From Spirochaetia bacterium (lineage in GTDB: Bacteria > Spirochaetota > Spirochaetia > CADAEX01), in NCBI GenBank assembly GCA_045606105.1, contig JAZURI010000009.1:157-64156 (forward strand): a DNA stretch of 64,000 nt. Reading direction: 5' to 3'. A program made the position numbers and the translations under genes. Numbering within the stretch: the stretch's first letter is position 1; every line of letters begins with the position of its first letter. Of this stretch, positions 17,914 through 27,503 are shown in pieces. The notes below the pieces were generated by a model that worked only from the letters and a program-made list of their open reading frames with translations, was not told the DNA's origin and searched no databases.

Positions 17914-19430
17914 CTCTGACCACCTCCGAGAATAACGGTGATATCAGCCAATACCCGGTCGATTTCAGCATTTAGAGAGGCACGCTCCTCCTGATAACGC
18001 TGTATTAAATCCATAGGATCAAGAATTTCTTCCTCAATGTGAGGATAGCCGCACTGATCAAGGTTGTAACCCAGTTCTTCGGTGAGTTGTTGTACCGTAA
18101 ACTTCTTAGCCTTGTCAAAACCATCTACTGTGATTTCCTGACGGTTGTTCCACCATTCTACAACAGGTGCAAAATGTTCCAACTTCATAGGCTTGGTCTT
18201 TGAGAAATGCTTATAACCTTCAGGCATATCCATGCGATAAAACCAAGTTTCTTCTGTAGGTTTGGTACGATCAAAGAATAGAATGTTGGTAGTAATCGAG
18301 GTGTAGGGCGCAAAAACACTACCCGGCATACGGATGATGGTATGCAGGTTGAATTCGGACAACAGTTTCTTTTTAATGTTCACCTTGGCGTTATCGGTAC
18401 CGAACAGGAAACCGTCGGGTAGGATAACTGCCACACGACCATTTTTCTTTAATCGGTACATAATTACGGACATAAAGAGGTCAGCGGTTTCGGAGCTTGC
18501 AAGGTCTGCGGGAAAATGATTCTTTACATCCGCCTTTTCGCTACCGCCGTAGGGAGGATTCATAAGGATAATGTCAAACTGATCGTCCACAGTGTAGTCC
18601 AGCACGTCCTTCAACAGTGTGTTGTCGTGGAATACACGAGGAATATCCAGCCCATGCAGCAAAAGGTTGGTGATACAAAGCATATAGGGGAATTGCTTTT
18701 TCTCAATACCGTAAATAGAATTTCCATATTTCTCTGCATCGGCTGTACTGCGTACTTGCTTCTGCAGTTCTTTGAGCCAGCTTGTGATAAAGCCACCGGT
18801 ACCGCATGCGAAGTCCGCCATTGTTTCACCGATCTTTGGTTGAATCATTTGTGCCATAAAGTCAGTTACAGCACGAGGGGTATAGAATTCACCCGCCGAA
18901 CCTGCGCTCTGCAATTCTTTCAAAATAGATTCATAGATCTCACCGAATGCATGGCTTTCCTCATAGTCGGAAAGGTCAAGTTCGTCAATAACGTTGATGA
19001 CCTGACGAAGAAGAACACCGTCTTTCATATACTGATTTGCATCGGCAAAGGTTGTTTGAACAATAGCTTTTTTAATAGGGGTTGATGCATCTACTTTTAC
19101 ACCACCTATCAAAACATTGCCGTTAGAGTCTTTGATATCGTTACCCTTAAGCACAGGAAAAAGAGTGTTATTCACAAAATCAAGCAATCTATCACCGGTC
19201 ATAGCTGAACCGGATTTATCATCAACTGCCCAATTCGCCCAGCGGCATTCTTCAGGAATGATCGATGTATAGCTATCATCATCGAATTCCCAGTCCTGCT
19301 CTTTGGCATCATATACTTTCAAAAAGAGCATCCATGCGATCTGCTCAATACGCTGTGCATCACCATTGATACCTGCGTCATTGCGCATAATGTCACGAAT
19401 TCTTTTTACAAATCCTGATAGATTGCTCAT
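17910..19430 (-). CDS. hsdM: Type I restriction-modification DNA methyltransferase HsdM
   Basis: N6-adenine methyltransferase motifs including ILMNPPYGG, plus an HsdM N-terminal domain. 506 aa. Confidence 0.9.
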   Translation of the reverse strand: MSNLSGFVKRIRDIMRNDAGINGDAQRIEQIAWMLFLKVYDAKEQDWEFDDDSYTSIIPEECRWANWAVDDKSGSAMTGDRLLDFVNNTLFPVLKGNDIKDSNGNVLIGGVKVDASTPIKKAIVQTTFADANQYMKDGVLLRQVINVIDELDLSDYEESHAFGEIYESILKELQSAGSAGEFYTPRAVTDFMAQMIQPKIGETMADFACGTGGFITSWLKELQKQVRSTADAEKYGNSIYGIEKKQFPYMLCITNLLLHGLDIPRVFHDNTLLKDVLDYTVDDQFDIILMNPPYGGSEKADVKNHFPADLASSETADLFMSVIMYRLKKNGRVAVILPDGFLFGTDNAKVNIKKKLLSEFNLHTIIRMPGSVFAPYTSITTNILFFDRTKPTEETWFYRMDMPEGYKHFSKTKPMKLEHFAPVVEWWNNRQEITVDGFDKAKKFTVQQLTEELGYNLDQCGYPHIEEEILDPMDLIQRYQEERASLNAEIDRVLADITVILGGGQR

Positions 19431-19435
19431 ATAAT

Positions 19436-21811
19436 TTAACCTGCCTTATATAATTCTGTTTCAAGTTCTCTGATTGCCGCCAGATAACCCGCCTTGCCAC
19501 CAAAATATGTAGCAATTTTGGAAGGTTTACCGAACTTATTGAAAGGGTCAAGCTGAAGAATTTCGGTCTTTTCAATTTCATAAATACCGGTATTCATATA
19601 CTTGTCAAGCAACGCTTCCAGCACTTCTCTTGCCACGCCGCTATATTTGCTTAAGAAATCACGTTTCTTAACGTTGTTTGCACGTTCACGGCGGGTGAGA
19701 GGCTTCTGGTCATAGGCAACGTGACAAATAAAGTCAAAGTCGTCCACATCGGTCATTCCTTGATCTGCTTTCATTTGCTCAAGGTCGATGCCTTGTTCTT
19801 TCAGCAGTTCTCGAATGACCTCCTTCTTTTCTTCAGACGTCCATTTAAGAATGAAGTTGTCAAGGGATGCAAATTTGCCGAGAATATTGGACTTTGTATA
19901 GTCTACAATACTTTCTTGACGGAGGAGTTTGCCATCCACATCATAAACTTCAACACGTTTGCCGATAATGTGAACATCGCAGCCGTTTTCATCTACGATA
20001 TATTTATCAACTGTTGGAGGAGTAACGGGATCATTACCATTACCGGGTTTCGGAGGTCTTGGCGTCGGTTTATGTTCGGGATCGTAACCGTCTACCATTT
20101 CAATAGGTCCATCCCAATCAGGATCAGAGAACAGTCTTGTTACATTGCGGAAGTCCATAACAACAAAATGACTCTTGCCTTCTTTCTCACGAAGACGGGT
20201 ACCACGACCGATAATCTGCTTGAACTCGGTCATAGAACTGATCATTTCATCAAGAACAATCAGTTTTGTCATTTTACAATCTGCACCGGTGGAAAGTAGT
20301 TTTGAAGTTGTGGCAATAACTGGATATGGTGCAGAAACAGAAATAAAGTAATCAAGTTTACTTTTGCCGTAAGTATCGGAACCCGTAATACGCACAACGT
20401 AATCCGGATTTTCTTTGACCATATCGGCGTTAAGATTATTAAGAGCAATACGCATACGCTCGGCATGATCTTCGGTAGCGCAGAACACAATAGTTTTCTG
20501 CTTTCTGTCAGTACTCTTTAAGTATTCGGTTATTTCTTTGGCAACTTCATAGGTTCGATCTTCTAAAATGATGTTGTAATCAAAATCGCTATTGGTATAG
20601 ATGCGATCTTCGATTTCATTACCAAACTTATCAAGCTGACCTTTACAAGGGCGCCATCCATCCGAAATGTCAGTTTTGATGTTAATAACTTTAAATGGCG
20701 CAAGAAAGCCGTCTTTAATTCCTTCACGCAAACTGTAGGTATATACAGGCTCGCCGAAGTAATCGATGTTGGAAATATACTTGGTTTCCTTCGGTGTTGC
20801 GGTCATACCGATTTGAGTAGCAGAAGAAAAATAGTCAAGGATTTTTCTCCAGTTACTGTCTTTTTTTGCTGAACCTCTGTGGCACTCGTCAACGATAATA
20901 AGATCGAAGAAGTCCTTATTAAAGAGTTTTGCAAATCGTGCAACCGCTTCTTCTCCGTTTCCTTCATCTTCATTTTCCTCATTACCTGCAAGCTGTTGGT
21001 ACAGGGAGAAATAAACTTCGTGAGAAGTGATGGTAACAGGATCGTCTTTGGCAAAGTTGATTTTATGAATTGTTTTTTCAAGCGGAGAAAAGTCCTGCTG
21101 AATAGATTGATCCACGAGAATATTACGGTCGGCTAAATATAACACTTTTCTCTTCACTCCGCTTTTCAGTAAGCGATAAACAATTTGGAAAGCGGTATAG
21201 GTTTTACCGGTACCCGTAGCCATAACCAATAAAAGACGTTCTTGCCCCTTGGCAATAGCTTCTACAGTACGGTTAATAGCGTTGCGCTGATAATATCTGG
21301 GGTCATAGGTATTCTGACTAGAGTAATACGGCTGTCCGATTACTTTCTTTTCATCAGCAGAAAGTCCTTCGCCACCGTTGGATTCGGTTTCCCAACGCTT
21401 AGTGAGTTCATCGACAGTAGGAAATTCATCCATAGACAAGGTGCGTTCCATACCGGTTAAAAGGTCGTGTTCTTGAAAACCATCACCGTTGGAACTATAC
21501 GCAAAAGGAATGTCCTGCATCTTGGCATAGGTGATTGCTTGTTGAAGGCCATAAGAAACAGAATGATTGTTATCCTTGGCTTCAACAATTGCAATAGGTT
21601 TATTATTTGTCAAGTACAATACATAGTCCGTCTTCTTGGGTTTTTCGCGAGTTACAATATTACCTTTAAGATTGATTCTACCATCAGTAATCTTAGTTTC
21701 CATTGTAATACGATCGAGTCCCCATTTTGCTTGGATTGCAGGGGTTATATATTGTAACTTTATGTCTTCTTCAGACATTTCTTTTTTTGAAAAAACAGTA
21801 GCCGATTTCAT
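19436..21811 (-). CDS. hsdR: Type I restriction enzyme R subunit HsdR
   Basis: N-terminal PD-(D/E)xK motif IAIVEAKD. SF2 helicase motifs MATGTGKT and DECHR. 791 aa. Confidence 0.9.
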   Translation of the reverse strand: MKSATVFSKKEMSEEDIKLQYITPAIQAKWGLDRITMETKITDGRINLKGNIVTREKPKKTDYVLYLTNNKPIAIVEAKDNNHSVSYGLQQAITYAKMQDIPFAYSSNGDGFQEHDLLTGMERTLSMDEFPTVDELTKRWETESNGGEGLSADEKKVIGQPYYSSQNTYDPRYYQRNAINRTVEAIAKGQERLLLVMATGTGKTYTAFQIVYRLLKSGVKRKVLYLADRNILVDQSIQQDFSPLEKTIHKINFAKDDPVTITSHEVYFSLYQQLAGNEENEDEGNGEEAVARFAKLFNKDFFDLIIVDECHRGSAKKDSNWRKILDYFSSATQIGMTATPKETKYISNIDYFGEPVYTYSLREGIKDGFLAPFKVINIKTDISDGWRPCKGQLDKFGNEIEDRIYTNSDFDYNIILEDRTYEVAKEITEYLKSTDRKQKTIVFCATEDHAERMRIALNNLNADMVKENPDYVVRITGSDTYGKSKLDYFISVSAPYPVIATTSKLLSTGADCKMTKLIVLDEMISSMTEFKQIIGRGTRLREKEGKSHFVVMDFRNVTRLFSDPDWDGPIEMVDGYDPEHKPTPRPPKPGNGNDPVTPPTVDKYIVDENGCDVHIIGKRVEVYDVDGKLLRQESIVDYTKSNILGKFASLDNFILKWTSEEKKEVIRELLKEQGIDLEQMKADQGMTDVDDFDFICHVAYDQKPLTRRERANNVKKRDFLSKYSGVAREVLEALLDKYMNTGIYEIEKTEILQLDPFNKFGKPSKIATYFGGKAGYLAAIRELETELYKAG

Positions 21812-21923
21812 TTATCCTTATTATCCCTTTTCTATCTTATCATATAAAAATAATATTTCAATATTTTTATCTTGAAGCAAAGTACCGGATTTCTTCTGTG
21901 AATTAGAAGAAAAGGGAATTCTT

Positions 21924-23261
21924 ATGGACGATTTATTCTATTTGCGTTTTAGGAACTGTAATGGTATACTTAATAAAAGTATGTGTTCTGGAACTATAAA
22001 AATAAAGATAAGAAATTTTGGTCCGGTGAAAGGTGGGCTGACTGAAAATGACGGTTTTATGGATATCTTCCCGGTTACGGTATTCTGCGGAGAGCAGGCT
22101 ACAGGAAAAAGTACAGTAGCCAAGATATATTCCATAATGTCCTGGATCGAGAAGACACTTGTCAAAAACGATATCAAGGATAGCTTTTCCGAGAAACAGG
22201 ATATTGTTACAGTAAATTATAATTTTTTTCTTGATTGCTGCCATTGGCAGAAGATTCATGAGTATTTTTCCCCGGATACATTGATTCAATACGAGGGAAC
22301 TGCTTACCGTATTAAATATGAAAACAAAGATTTTTTTTATGAAAGGGCAGAGACTTATTCTAATTATATCAGACCTAAAATAATGTATGTCCCTGCGGAG
22401 CGAAATCTTCTTGCAGCTCTGGAAGAGGCTGAAAAAATGAAGTATCTTCCAGAAATTCTCTCTTACTTGTTTGATGAATACAGTTTGGCTAGAAAGAAAA
22501 TTGATGTCTGTAGGTTGCCTGTTTCCGATATTATGCTTGTGAATGACAAGGTAAGAAACATTCTTCGTGTTGTCGTTGACAAAAATAGGTCAATTCCTAT
22601 ATGGAATGCATCAAGCGGCATTCAGTCTGTAGCTCCGTTATCTCTTGTAACAAGGCATATTTCCTATGAAATCTTTTCAAAGAAGGAAGGAAAAAATTTT
22701 CGCAATCTATCACTGAATGAAAGAGAACAGTTGAAACAGAAATTTTATGAAGAAATGAATATATGTGTTCCGGAGGAATTAAAAGCTTCCTGGGAAGAAT
22801 TCTCCCATCGTATGTTTCAAAGGTGGTATAGTGACATAAGGAATCTCTTCAACGAATGTTTCATTAATATTGTGGAGGAGCCAGAACAGAACCTTTATCC
22901 TGAATCTCAGGGAAAAGTTCTTTATGAACTGCTTGAATTCATGAATCTGAACCAAAATAACAAGCTAGTCATCACAACCCATAGTCCGTATATACTATCT
23001 TGTTTGACTTTGTGTGCAAAGGCATATGAACTTTTGAAAAAAGGGGTGTCTGATGACAAGATAGACAGGATTATTCCTTCTGTCGCAGCTGTTCCTGGAA
23101 ATAAAATTGCAATATACGAAAATGGTGAAGACGGGGTTCTAAAACGCCTGCAGCATTTTGATAATCTTCCATCAGACAATAACCTTTTAAACAATGCTCT
23201 TAATGAAACAAATGAAATCTTTGCTAGTCTGATAGAGCTGGAAGAAGATAATGGCAGATAG
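21924..23261 (+). CDS. AAA15/ABC-type (OLD-like) ATPase
   Basis: GEQATGKST (Walker A), IVEEPEQNLYPE (Walker B/D-loop) and ITTHSP (H-loop). 445 aa. Divergent from hsdR. Confidence 0.7.
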   Translation: MDDLFYLRFRNCNGILNKSMCSGTIKIKIRNFGPVKGGLTENDGFMDIFPVTVFCGEQATGKSTVAKIYSIMSWIEKTLVKNDIKDSFSEKQDIVTVNYNFFLDCCHWQKIHEYFSPDTLIQYEGTAYRIKYENKDFFYERAETYSNYIRPKIMYVPAERNLLAALEEAEKMKYLPEILSYLFDEYSLARKKIDVCRLPVSDIMLVNDKVRNILRVVVDKNRSIPIWNASSGIQSVAPLSLVTRHISYEIFSKKEGKNFRNLSLNEREQLKQKFYEEMNICVPEELKASWEEFSHRMFQRWYSDIRNLFNECFINIVEEPEQNLYPESQGKVLYELLEFMNLNQNNKLVITTHSPYILSCLTLCAKAYELLKKGVSDDKIDRIIPSVAAVPGNKIAIYENGEDGVLKRLQHFDNLPSDNNLLNNALNETNEIFASLIELEEDNGR

Positions 23262-23733
23262 AATTGATTTTTTCAGATATTGTGAAATTTCCGTTTGTTC
23301 AAAAAATCGTTTCGGTCTCTGTGATCCCCGGACACAGACTCCGGCCTATATTGATTTCTACAATTTCGATAGCTGGATTGCAGTTGTGGAAAACGATCTT
23401 GAAAAAGAAATTGGATTTCTTGCTGTTGACCATAATGTTCCTTTTCCCGTGGATAAGAAAAGATGTGATGCCCTCCTTTTTGATAAAGAGATGCTGTTGT
23501 TCGTGGAACTAAAAAAACAGAGAGGAAGCTGGCTTCCTGAAGCTTTAGTTCAGCTGACGGATACAGTGGAGTTCTTTAAGGAGAATCATGATGTGTCAGT
23601 ATATAAAAACCGTAAGGCTTATGCTTGCAATAAGTGTCATCCCAACTTTAATTTCAGTTATAAGGAGTATATGCAGGATTTTCGAAAACGACACGGATTT
23701 ATTTTGAGAATCAGCACAGAAATAAAAATCTGA
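23251..23733 (+). CDS. Small protein with a PD-(D/E)xK-like motif, partner of the AAA15 ATPase
   Basis: Start overlaps the ATPase stop. VDHN...CDALLFDKEMLLFVELKK gives D...ExK spacing typical of restriction-fold nucleases. 160 aa. Confidence 0.4.
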   Translation: MADRIDFFRYCEISVCSKNRFGLCDPRTQTPAYIDFYNFDSWIAVVENDLEKEIGFLAVDHNVPFPVDKKRCDALLFDKEMLLFVELKKQRGSWLPEALVQLTDTVEFFKENHDVSVYKNRKAYACNKCHPNFNFSYKEYMQDFRKRHGFILRISTEIKI

Positions 23734-23736
23734 TTC

Positions 23737-24351
23737 TTACAGCTCGTCTGCCTTGTAGGTTGTATAGCCTTCGTAAAAATAGCTGTGATCTATTCCTTTC
23801 ATGTAGATTTCCCTGTTGTGGATATCCGGAGTCAGGGCCGCTTTAAGAATATGCTTTATTTCGGTATCCCGGATGGGGCTTCGTTCCATGGCCAACAGAT
23901 AATCTTCCTTGTCTACCTTGCTCCAGTCAACGACTTTTCCTATTTCTTTTTTCAGGATACAGTCAAGCCAGATTCGTGTACTTCTGCCGTTTCCCTCTCT
24001 GAACGGATGTGCCACATTCATTTCCACATATTTTTCTATGATTTCATCAAAATCAGACTGGGGCATTTTTTCAATGTTTTCAATAGCTGCTTCAAGGTAC
24101 ATTACCGGTGCAAATCTGAAATTTCCCTTGGCAATGTTTACTGACCTGAGCTTGCCTGCAAAATCATAGATTTCTTCGAAAAGATATTTGTGAATGGCTT
24201 TGAGAGATGAAAATTTTCCGGCATCAAGTTTATTAAGCATGCCTGTTTCAAACAATTCTACAGCCTTTTTCTTACTGATGCGCTCTTCTTCTCTTGCAAG
24301 CTCTGCCGGCTCCGTAATTCCCAATCTGTTTTCAAGTATCATAGTTTTCAT
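23737..24351 (-). CDS. fic: Fic/Doc family protein (AMPylase-type)
   Basis: HPFREGNGRSTR is the Fic motif HxFx(D/E)GNGRxxR. Start placed at MKTMILENRL; the ORF track's start at 24393 adds 14 unlikely residues. Confidence 0.8.
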   Translation of the reverse strand: MKTMILENRLGITEPAELAREEERISKKKAVELFETGMLNKLDAGKFSSLKAIHKYLFEEIYDFAGKLRSVNIAKGNFRFAPVMYLEAAIENIEKMPQSDFDEIIEKYVEMNVAHPFREGNGRSTRIWLDCILKKEIGKVVDWSKVDKEDYLLAMERSPIRDTEIKHILKAALTPDIHNREIYMKGIDHSYFYEGYTTYKADEL

Positions 24352-24441
24352 ATTGTAACACAGAAACGGGAAGTTGAAAATGAGAAAAAGCAAATCTGAA
24401 ATTTTCTTTCAATCTCCCGGCTAAATTTGAAATAAACCCAT

Positions 24442-24468
24442 AAAAAAACCCCGTCCTGAGACGGGGCC
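24442..24468 (-). terminator. Rho-independent terminator downstream of serA
   Basis: On the minus strand: GGCCCCGTC-TCAG-GACGGGG followed by T7. Confidence 0.8.
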
Positions 24469-24490
24469 TTGATTCTGTTTCCTATGGAAA

Positions 24491-25669
24491 TCAGCCGATA
24501 AGTCTTACTGCGATAACGCCTTCTGCAGCCTTGAGTTTTTCAATTACATCAGCCATGAGCTCGTCAGATACTTCGCTGTCGATCTCGATGATGTTGTATG
24601 CATAGCCCTTCTTGCTCTTGTTGATGAACTCTGCAATGTTGATCTTGTCTGCAGCGATGATGGAAGAGAACTGTCCGATTACGTTAGGCATGTCCTTGTT
24701 GATGATGGTGATTCTCTTTCTTCCTGTGAAAGGCATTGAGCAGTCAGGGAAGTTAACGGAATTCTTGATGTTTCCGTATTCAAGGAAATCCTTGATTTCT
24801 GTTGCTGCCATTGCTGCACAGTTGTCCTCTGCCTCTTCTGTTGATGCACCGAGGTGAGGTACGCAGATTACATTCTTCATTCCGATGAGCTCTGCATCCG
24901 GGAAGTCTGTCATGTATGTAGAGATTATGCCTGCTTCGATAGCTGCATTCAGGTCTTCGTTCTTTACCAGTCCGCCTCTTGCGAAGTTGAGAAGAACTGT
25001 TCCCTTCTTCATGATGTTGAACTTGTCGGCATTGAACATACCCTTTGTTGTATCTGTAAGAGGAACATGAACTGTGATGAAGTCTGATTCAGCGATAAGG
25101 CTGTCCAGGCTGATGGCTTTTTTAACCTCTCTTGAAAGTCCCCATGCTGCATCTACTGAGATATATGGGTCGCTTCCGATAACCTTCATGCCCATGGCTG
25201 CAGCTGTGTTTGCAACCATTACACCGATAGCTCCGAGACCGATGACACCGAGTGTCTTGCCCTTGATTTCGCTTCCGGCAAACTGTGATTTTCCCTTTTC
25301 AACAAGCTGAGGAACCTCGTCTCCCTTGTCAGCCAGTGTCTTGCACCAGTCGATTGCTTCAGGGATTCTTCTTACAGCTGTAAGCATACCTGCGATAACA
25401 AGCTCCTTAACGCTGTTTGCATTTGCACCTGGTGTGTTGAATACAACGATACCTTTTTCTGTGCACTTGTCGATAGGAATGTTGTTTACTCCGGCACCTG
25501 CTCTTGCTACTGCCTTGAGGGAAGCAGGGAGCTCCATATCGTGCATCTTGAAGCTTCTGAGGATGATTCCGTCAGGATTTGTCATTTCTGATGCTGTTTC
25601 ATATTTGTCTCTTTCAAGCAGTGAAAGACCTGCCAGAGAAATCTTGTTTAAAGTCTGAATCTTGAACAT
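24491..25669 (-). CDS. serA: D-3-phosphoglycerate dehydrogenase
   Basis: 2-hydroxyacid dehydrogenase fold with a GxGxxG NAD-binding motif (GVIGLGAIG) and a C-terminal ACT domain. Start placed at MFKIQTL. Confidence 0.85.
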   Translation of the reverse strand: MFKIQTLNKISLAGLSLLERDKYETASEMTNPDGIILRSFKMHDMELPASLKAVARAGAGVNNIPIDKCTEKGIVVFNTPGANANSVKELVIAGMLTAVRRIPEAIDWCKTLADKGDEVPQLVEKGKSQFAGSEIKGKTLGVIGLGAIGVMVANTAAAMGMKVIGSDPYISVDAAWGLSREVKKAISLDSLIAESDFITVHVPLTDTTKGMFNADKFNIMKKGTVLLNFARGGLVKNEDLNAAIEAGIISTYMTDFPDAELIGMKNVICVPHLGASTEEAEDNCAAMAATEIKDFLEYGNIKNSVNFPDCSMPFTGRKRITIINKDMPNVIGQFSSIIAADKINIAEFINKSKKGYAYNIIEIDSEVSDELMADVIEKLKAAEGVIAVRLIG

Positions 25670-25670
25670 A

Positions 25671-26762
25671 TTAGTTTTCCTTTGCAAATTTTTCCATGAA
25701 ATCAACAAGAGCCTTTACACCGGCCATATCCATGGCATTGTAGATGCTTGCTCTCATTCCACCTACGAGACGATGTCCGCCAAGGTTTACGAGACCTGCG
25801 GCAGCAGCTTCCTTAACAAACTTCTTGTTGATGGCATCTGCTTCTTCACCTGTATATTTTGTAAGGAAAGGAACATTCATGAGTGAGCGGCTTCCCACTG
25901 CTGCTGTTGCATGGTAGAAATCGCTGTTGTCAAGGTAATTGTAGAGGAAATCTGCCTTTTCCCTGTTTCTTGCTTCCATTCCTTCTGCTCCGCCGTTCTT
26001 CTCGATCCAGTGGAGAACCTTGCCTACAACGTAGATTGCGTGGCATGGAGGTGTGTTGTACATGCTTTCTCCGTCAACGTGTGTCTTGTATGAAAGCATT
26101 GTAGGTGTTCCAGGGAGAGGTTCTTCTGTGATAAGGTCTTCTCTGATGATTACTACTGTAACACCGGAAGGTCCCAGGTTCTTCTGTGCACCTGCGAAGA
26201 GAACGCCGAACTTGGTTACGTCGAGCGGTTCGCTGAGGATACATGATGAGATGTCTGCTACCAGAGGAATATCTCCTGTGTCAGGAATGTATTCGTAGTG
26301 AGTACCCATGATTGTGTTGTTGAAGCAGATATAAGCGTAGTCGTAGTCTCCTTCGATCTTGTCTACCTTAGGGATGTAGCTGAATCCCTTATCCTCTGAG
26401 GATGCGATTTCATCAACTGTGATGAACTTCTTTGCTTCTGCAGCTGCCTTCTTTGCCCATACACCGGTTCTGATGTAAGCAGCCTTCTTGTATTTGAGTC
26501 CCAGGTTGAGAGGAATCATTGCAAACTGTGTGGATCCGCCGCCCTGAAGGAACAGAATCTTGTAGTTTTCAGGAACATTCATCAGCTTTCTTACCATAGC
26601 TTCTGCATCTGTGATGATAGGCTTGTAGGCTGCTGAGCGATGGCTCATTTCCATTACGGACTGACCTGTTCCGTTGTAGTTAAGCATTTCTGCCGCACAT
26701 TCTTTAAGTACCTCTTCAGGAAGACAGGAAGGACCTGCTGAAAAATTATAAACTCTATCCAT
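25671..26762 (-). CDS. serC: Phosphoserine aminotransferase
   Basis: 363 aa, class V aminotransferase. N-terminus reads MDRVYNFSAGPSCLPEEVL, typical of SerC. Confidence 0.9.
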   Translation of the reverse strand: MDRVYNFSAGPSCLPEEVLKECAAEMLNYNGTGQSVMEMSHRSAAYKPIITDAEAMVRKLMNVPENYKILFLQGGGSTQFAMIPLNLGLKYKKAAYIRTGVWAKKAAAEAKKFITVDEIASSEDKGFSYIPKVDKIEGDYDYAYICFNNTIMGTHYEYIPDTGDIPLVADISSCILSEPLDVTKFGVLFAGAQKNLGPSGVTVVIIREDLITEEPLPGTPTMLSYKTHVDGESMYNTPPCHAIYVVGKVLHWIEKNGGAEGMEARNREKADFLYNYLDNSDFYHATAAVGSRSLMNVPFLTKYTGEEADAINKKFVKEAAAAGLVNLGGHRLVGGMRASIYNAMDMAGVKALVDFMEKFAKEN

Positions 26763-26765
26763 TTT

Positions 26766-27389
26766 TTACTCCTTTTCTAAATTCGGTATCATTGCTGTGA
26801 GAAATCTCAGCTCTTCGGTAAAATGAACATTTCTTACAGCTATATCTTTATCTCCCAATATGGCGGGAGAGAAATTCAATATTCCCTTTATGCCGGCTTC
26901 CTTCATCCTTAACATGACGGTTTCGGCAGCCTGGGCCGGAACTGCTATTATTCCCAGGTCTATCCTGAGCTCCCTTATCCTGTCCTCCATTTCATAGGCA
27001 GGGAAGAGGGGAACCTCCGATTTCATTGTTTCTATCTTGTTTATGTTGTTGTCAAAGCCGGCAGCGATAACATACTGACCGCCCTCCAGAACCGGATTCT
27101 TTATAAAGGATGAACCCATAAGACCGATTCCCGCAACACAAACCCTGATCGGTGCACCGAAGCTGAACAGCCCGCCTATGAAATCCAGAAGCTCGCCGCT
27201 GTTGTAGCCTGCAGTGGAGCTTTTCAGCTTTCCTGCCATGCTCAGATCCTTGCGGATGGTATGAGCCGGTACATTTATCAGCTTTCCAAGCTTGGAGGAT
27301 GAAAGTGTCTCGCTTCTGCCCATTCCCTGAAGCACTCTGTAAAGGAGGCAAAGTCTGGAAATTGTCTGGACTGATAGATTATCTTTCAC
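26766..27389 (-). CDS. rex: Redox-sensing transcriptional repressor Rex
   Basis: Winged-helix N-terminus ISRLCLLYRVL plus a Rossmann NADH-binding domain. Start reassigned to a GTG preceded by a GGAG RBS, because a Rex operator lies inside the longer ORF-track N-terminus. Confidence 0.85.
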   Translation of the reverse strand: MKDNLSVQTISRLCLLYRVLQGMGRSETLSSSKLGKLINVPAHTIRKDLSMAGKLKSSTAGYNSGELLDFIGGLFSFGAPIRVCVAGIGLMGSSFIKNPVLEGGQYVIAAGFDNNINKIETMKSEVPLFPAYEMEDRIRELRIDLGIIAVPAQAAETVMLRMKEAGIKGILNFSPAILGDKDIAVRNVHFTEELRFLTAMIPNLEKE

Positions 27390-27400
27390 GATTTCTCCGC

Positions 27401-27418
27401 TTGTGAAATATTTCACAA
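27401..27418. promoter_or_regulatory. Rex operator (TTGTGAA-N4-TTCACAA)
   Basis: Perfect palindrome TTGTGAAATATTTCACAA, 12 bp upstream of the rex start and directly downstream of the promoter -10 element. Confidence 0.8.
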
Positions 27419-27420
27419 GT

Positions 27421-27449
27421 AGTATAGATGGATGAAAGTTTATTGTCAA
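27421..27449 (-). promoter_or_regulatory. Sigma70-type promoter of the rex-serC-serA operon
   Basis: Minus strand TTGACA-N17-TATACT, immediately upstream of the Rex operator. Confidence 0.6.
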
Positions 27450-27503
27450 TATGTTTTTTTTATTATTATTAACAAAATACCAAAATAGTGATAATATGTA
27501 TGT

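Noticed and set aside
18516-20299. Plus-strand ORFs of 189 aa and 192 aa
   Set aside because: Lie inside hsdM and hsdR respectively, on the opposite strand from well-supported genes.
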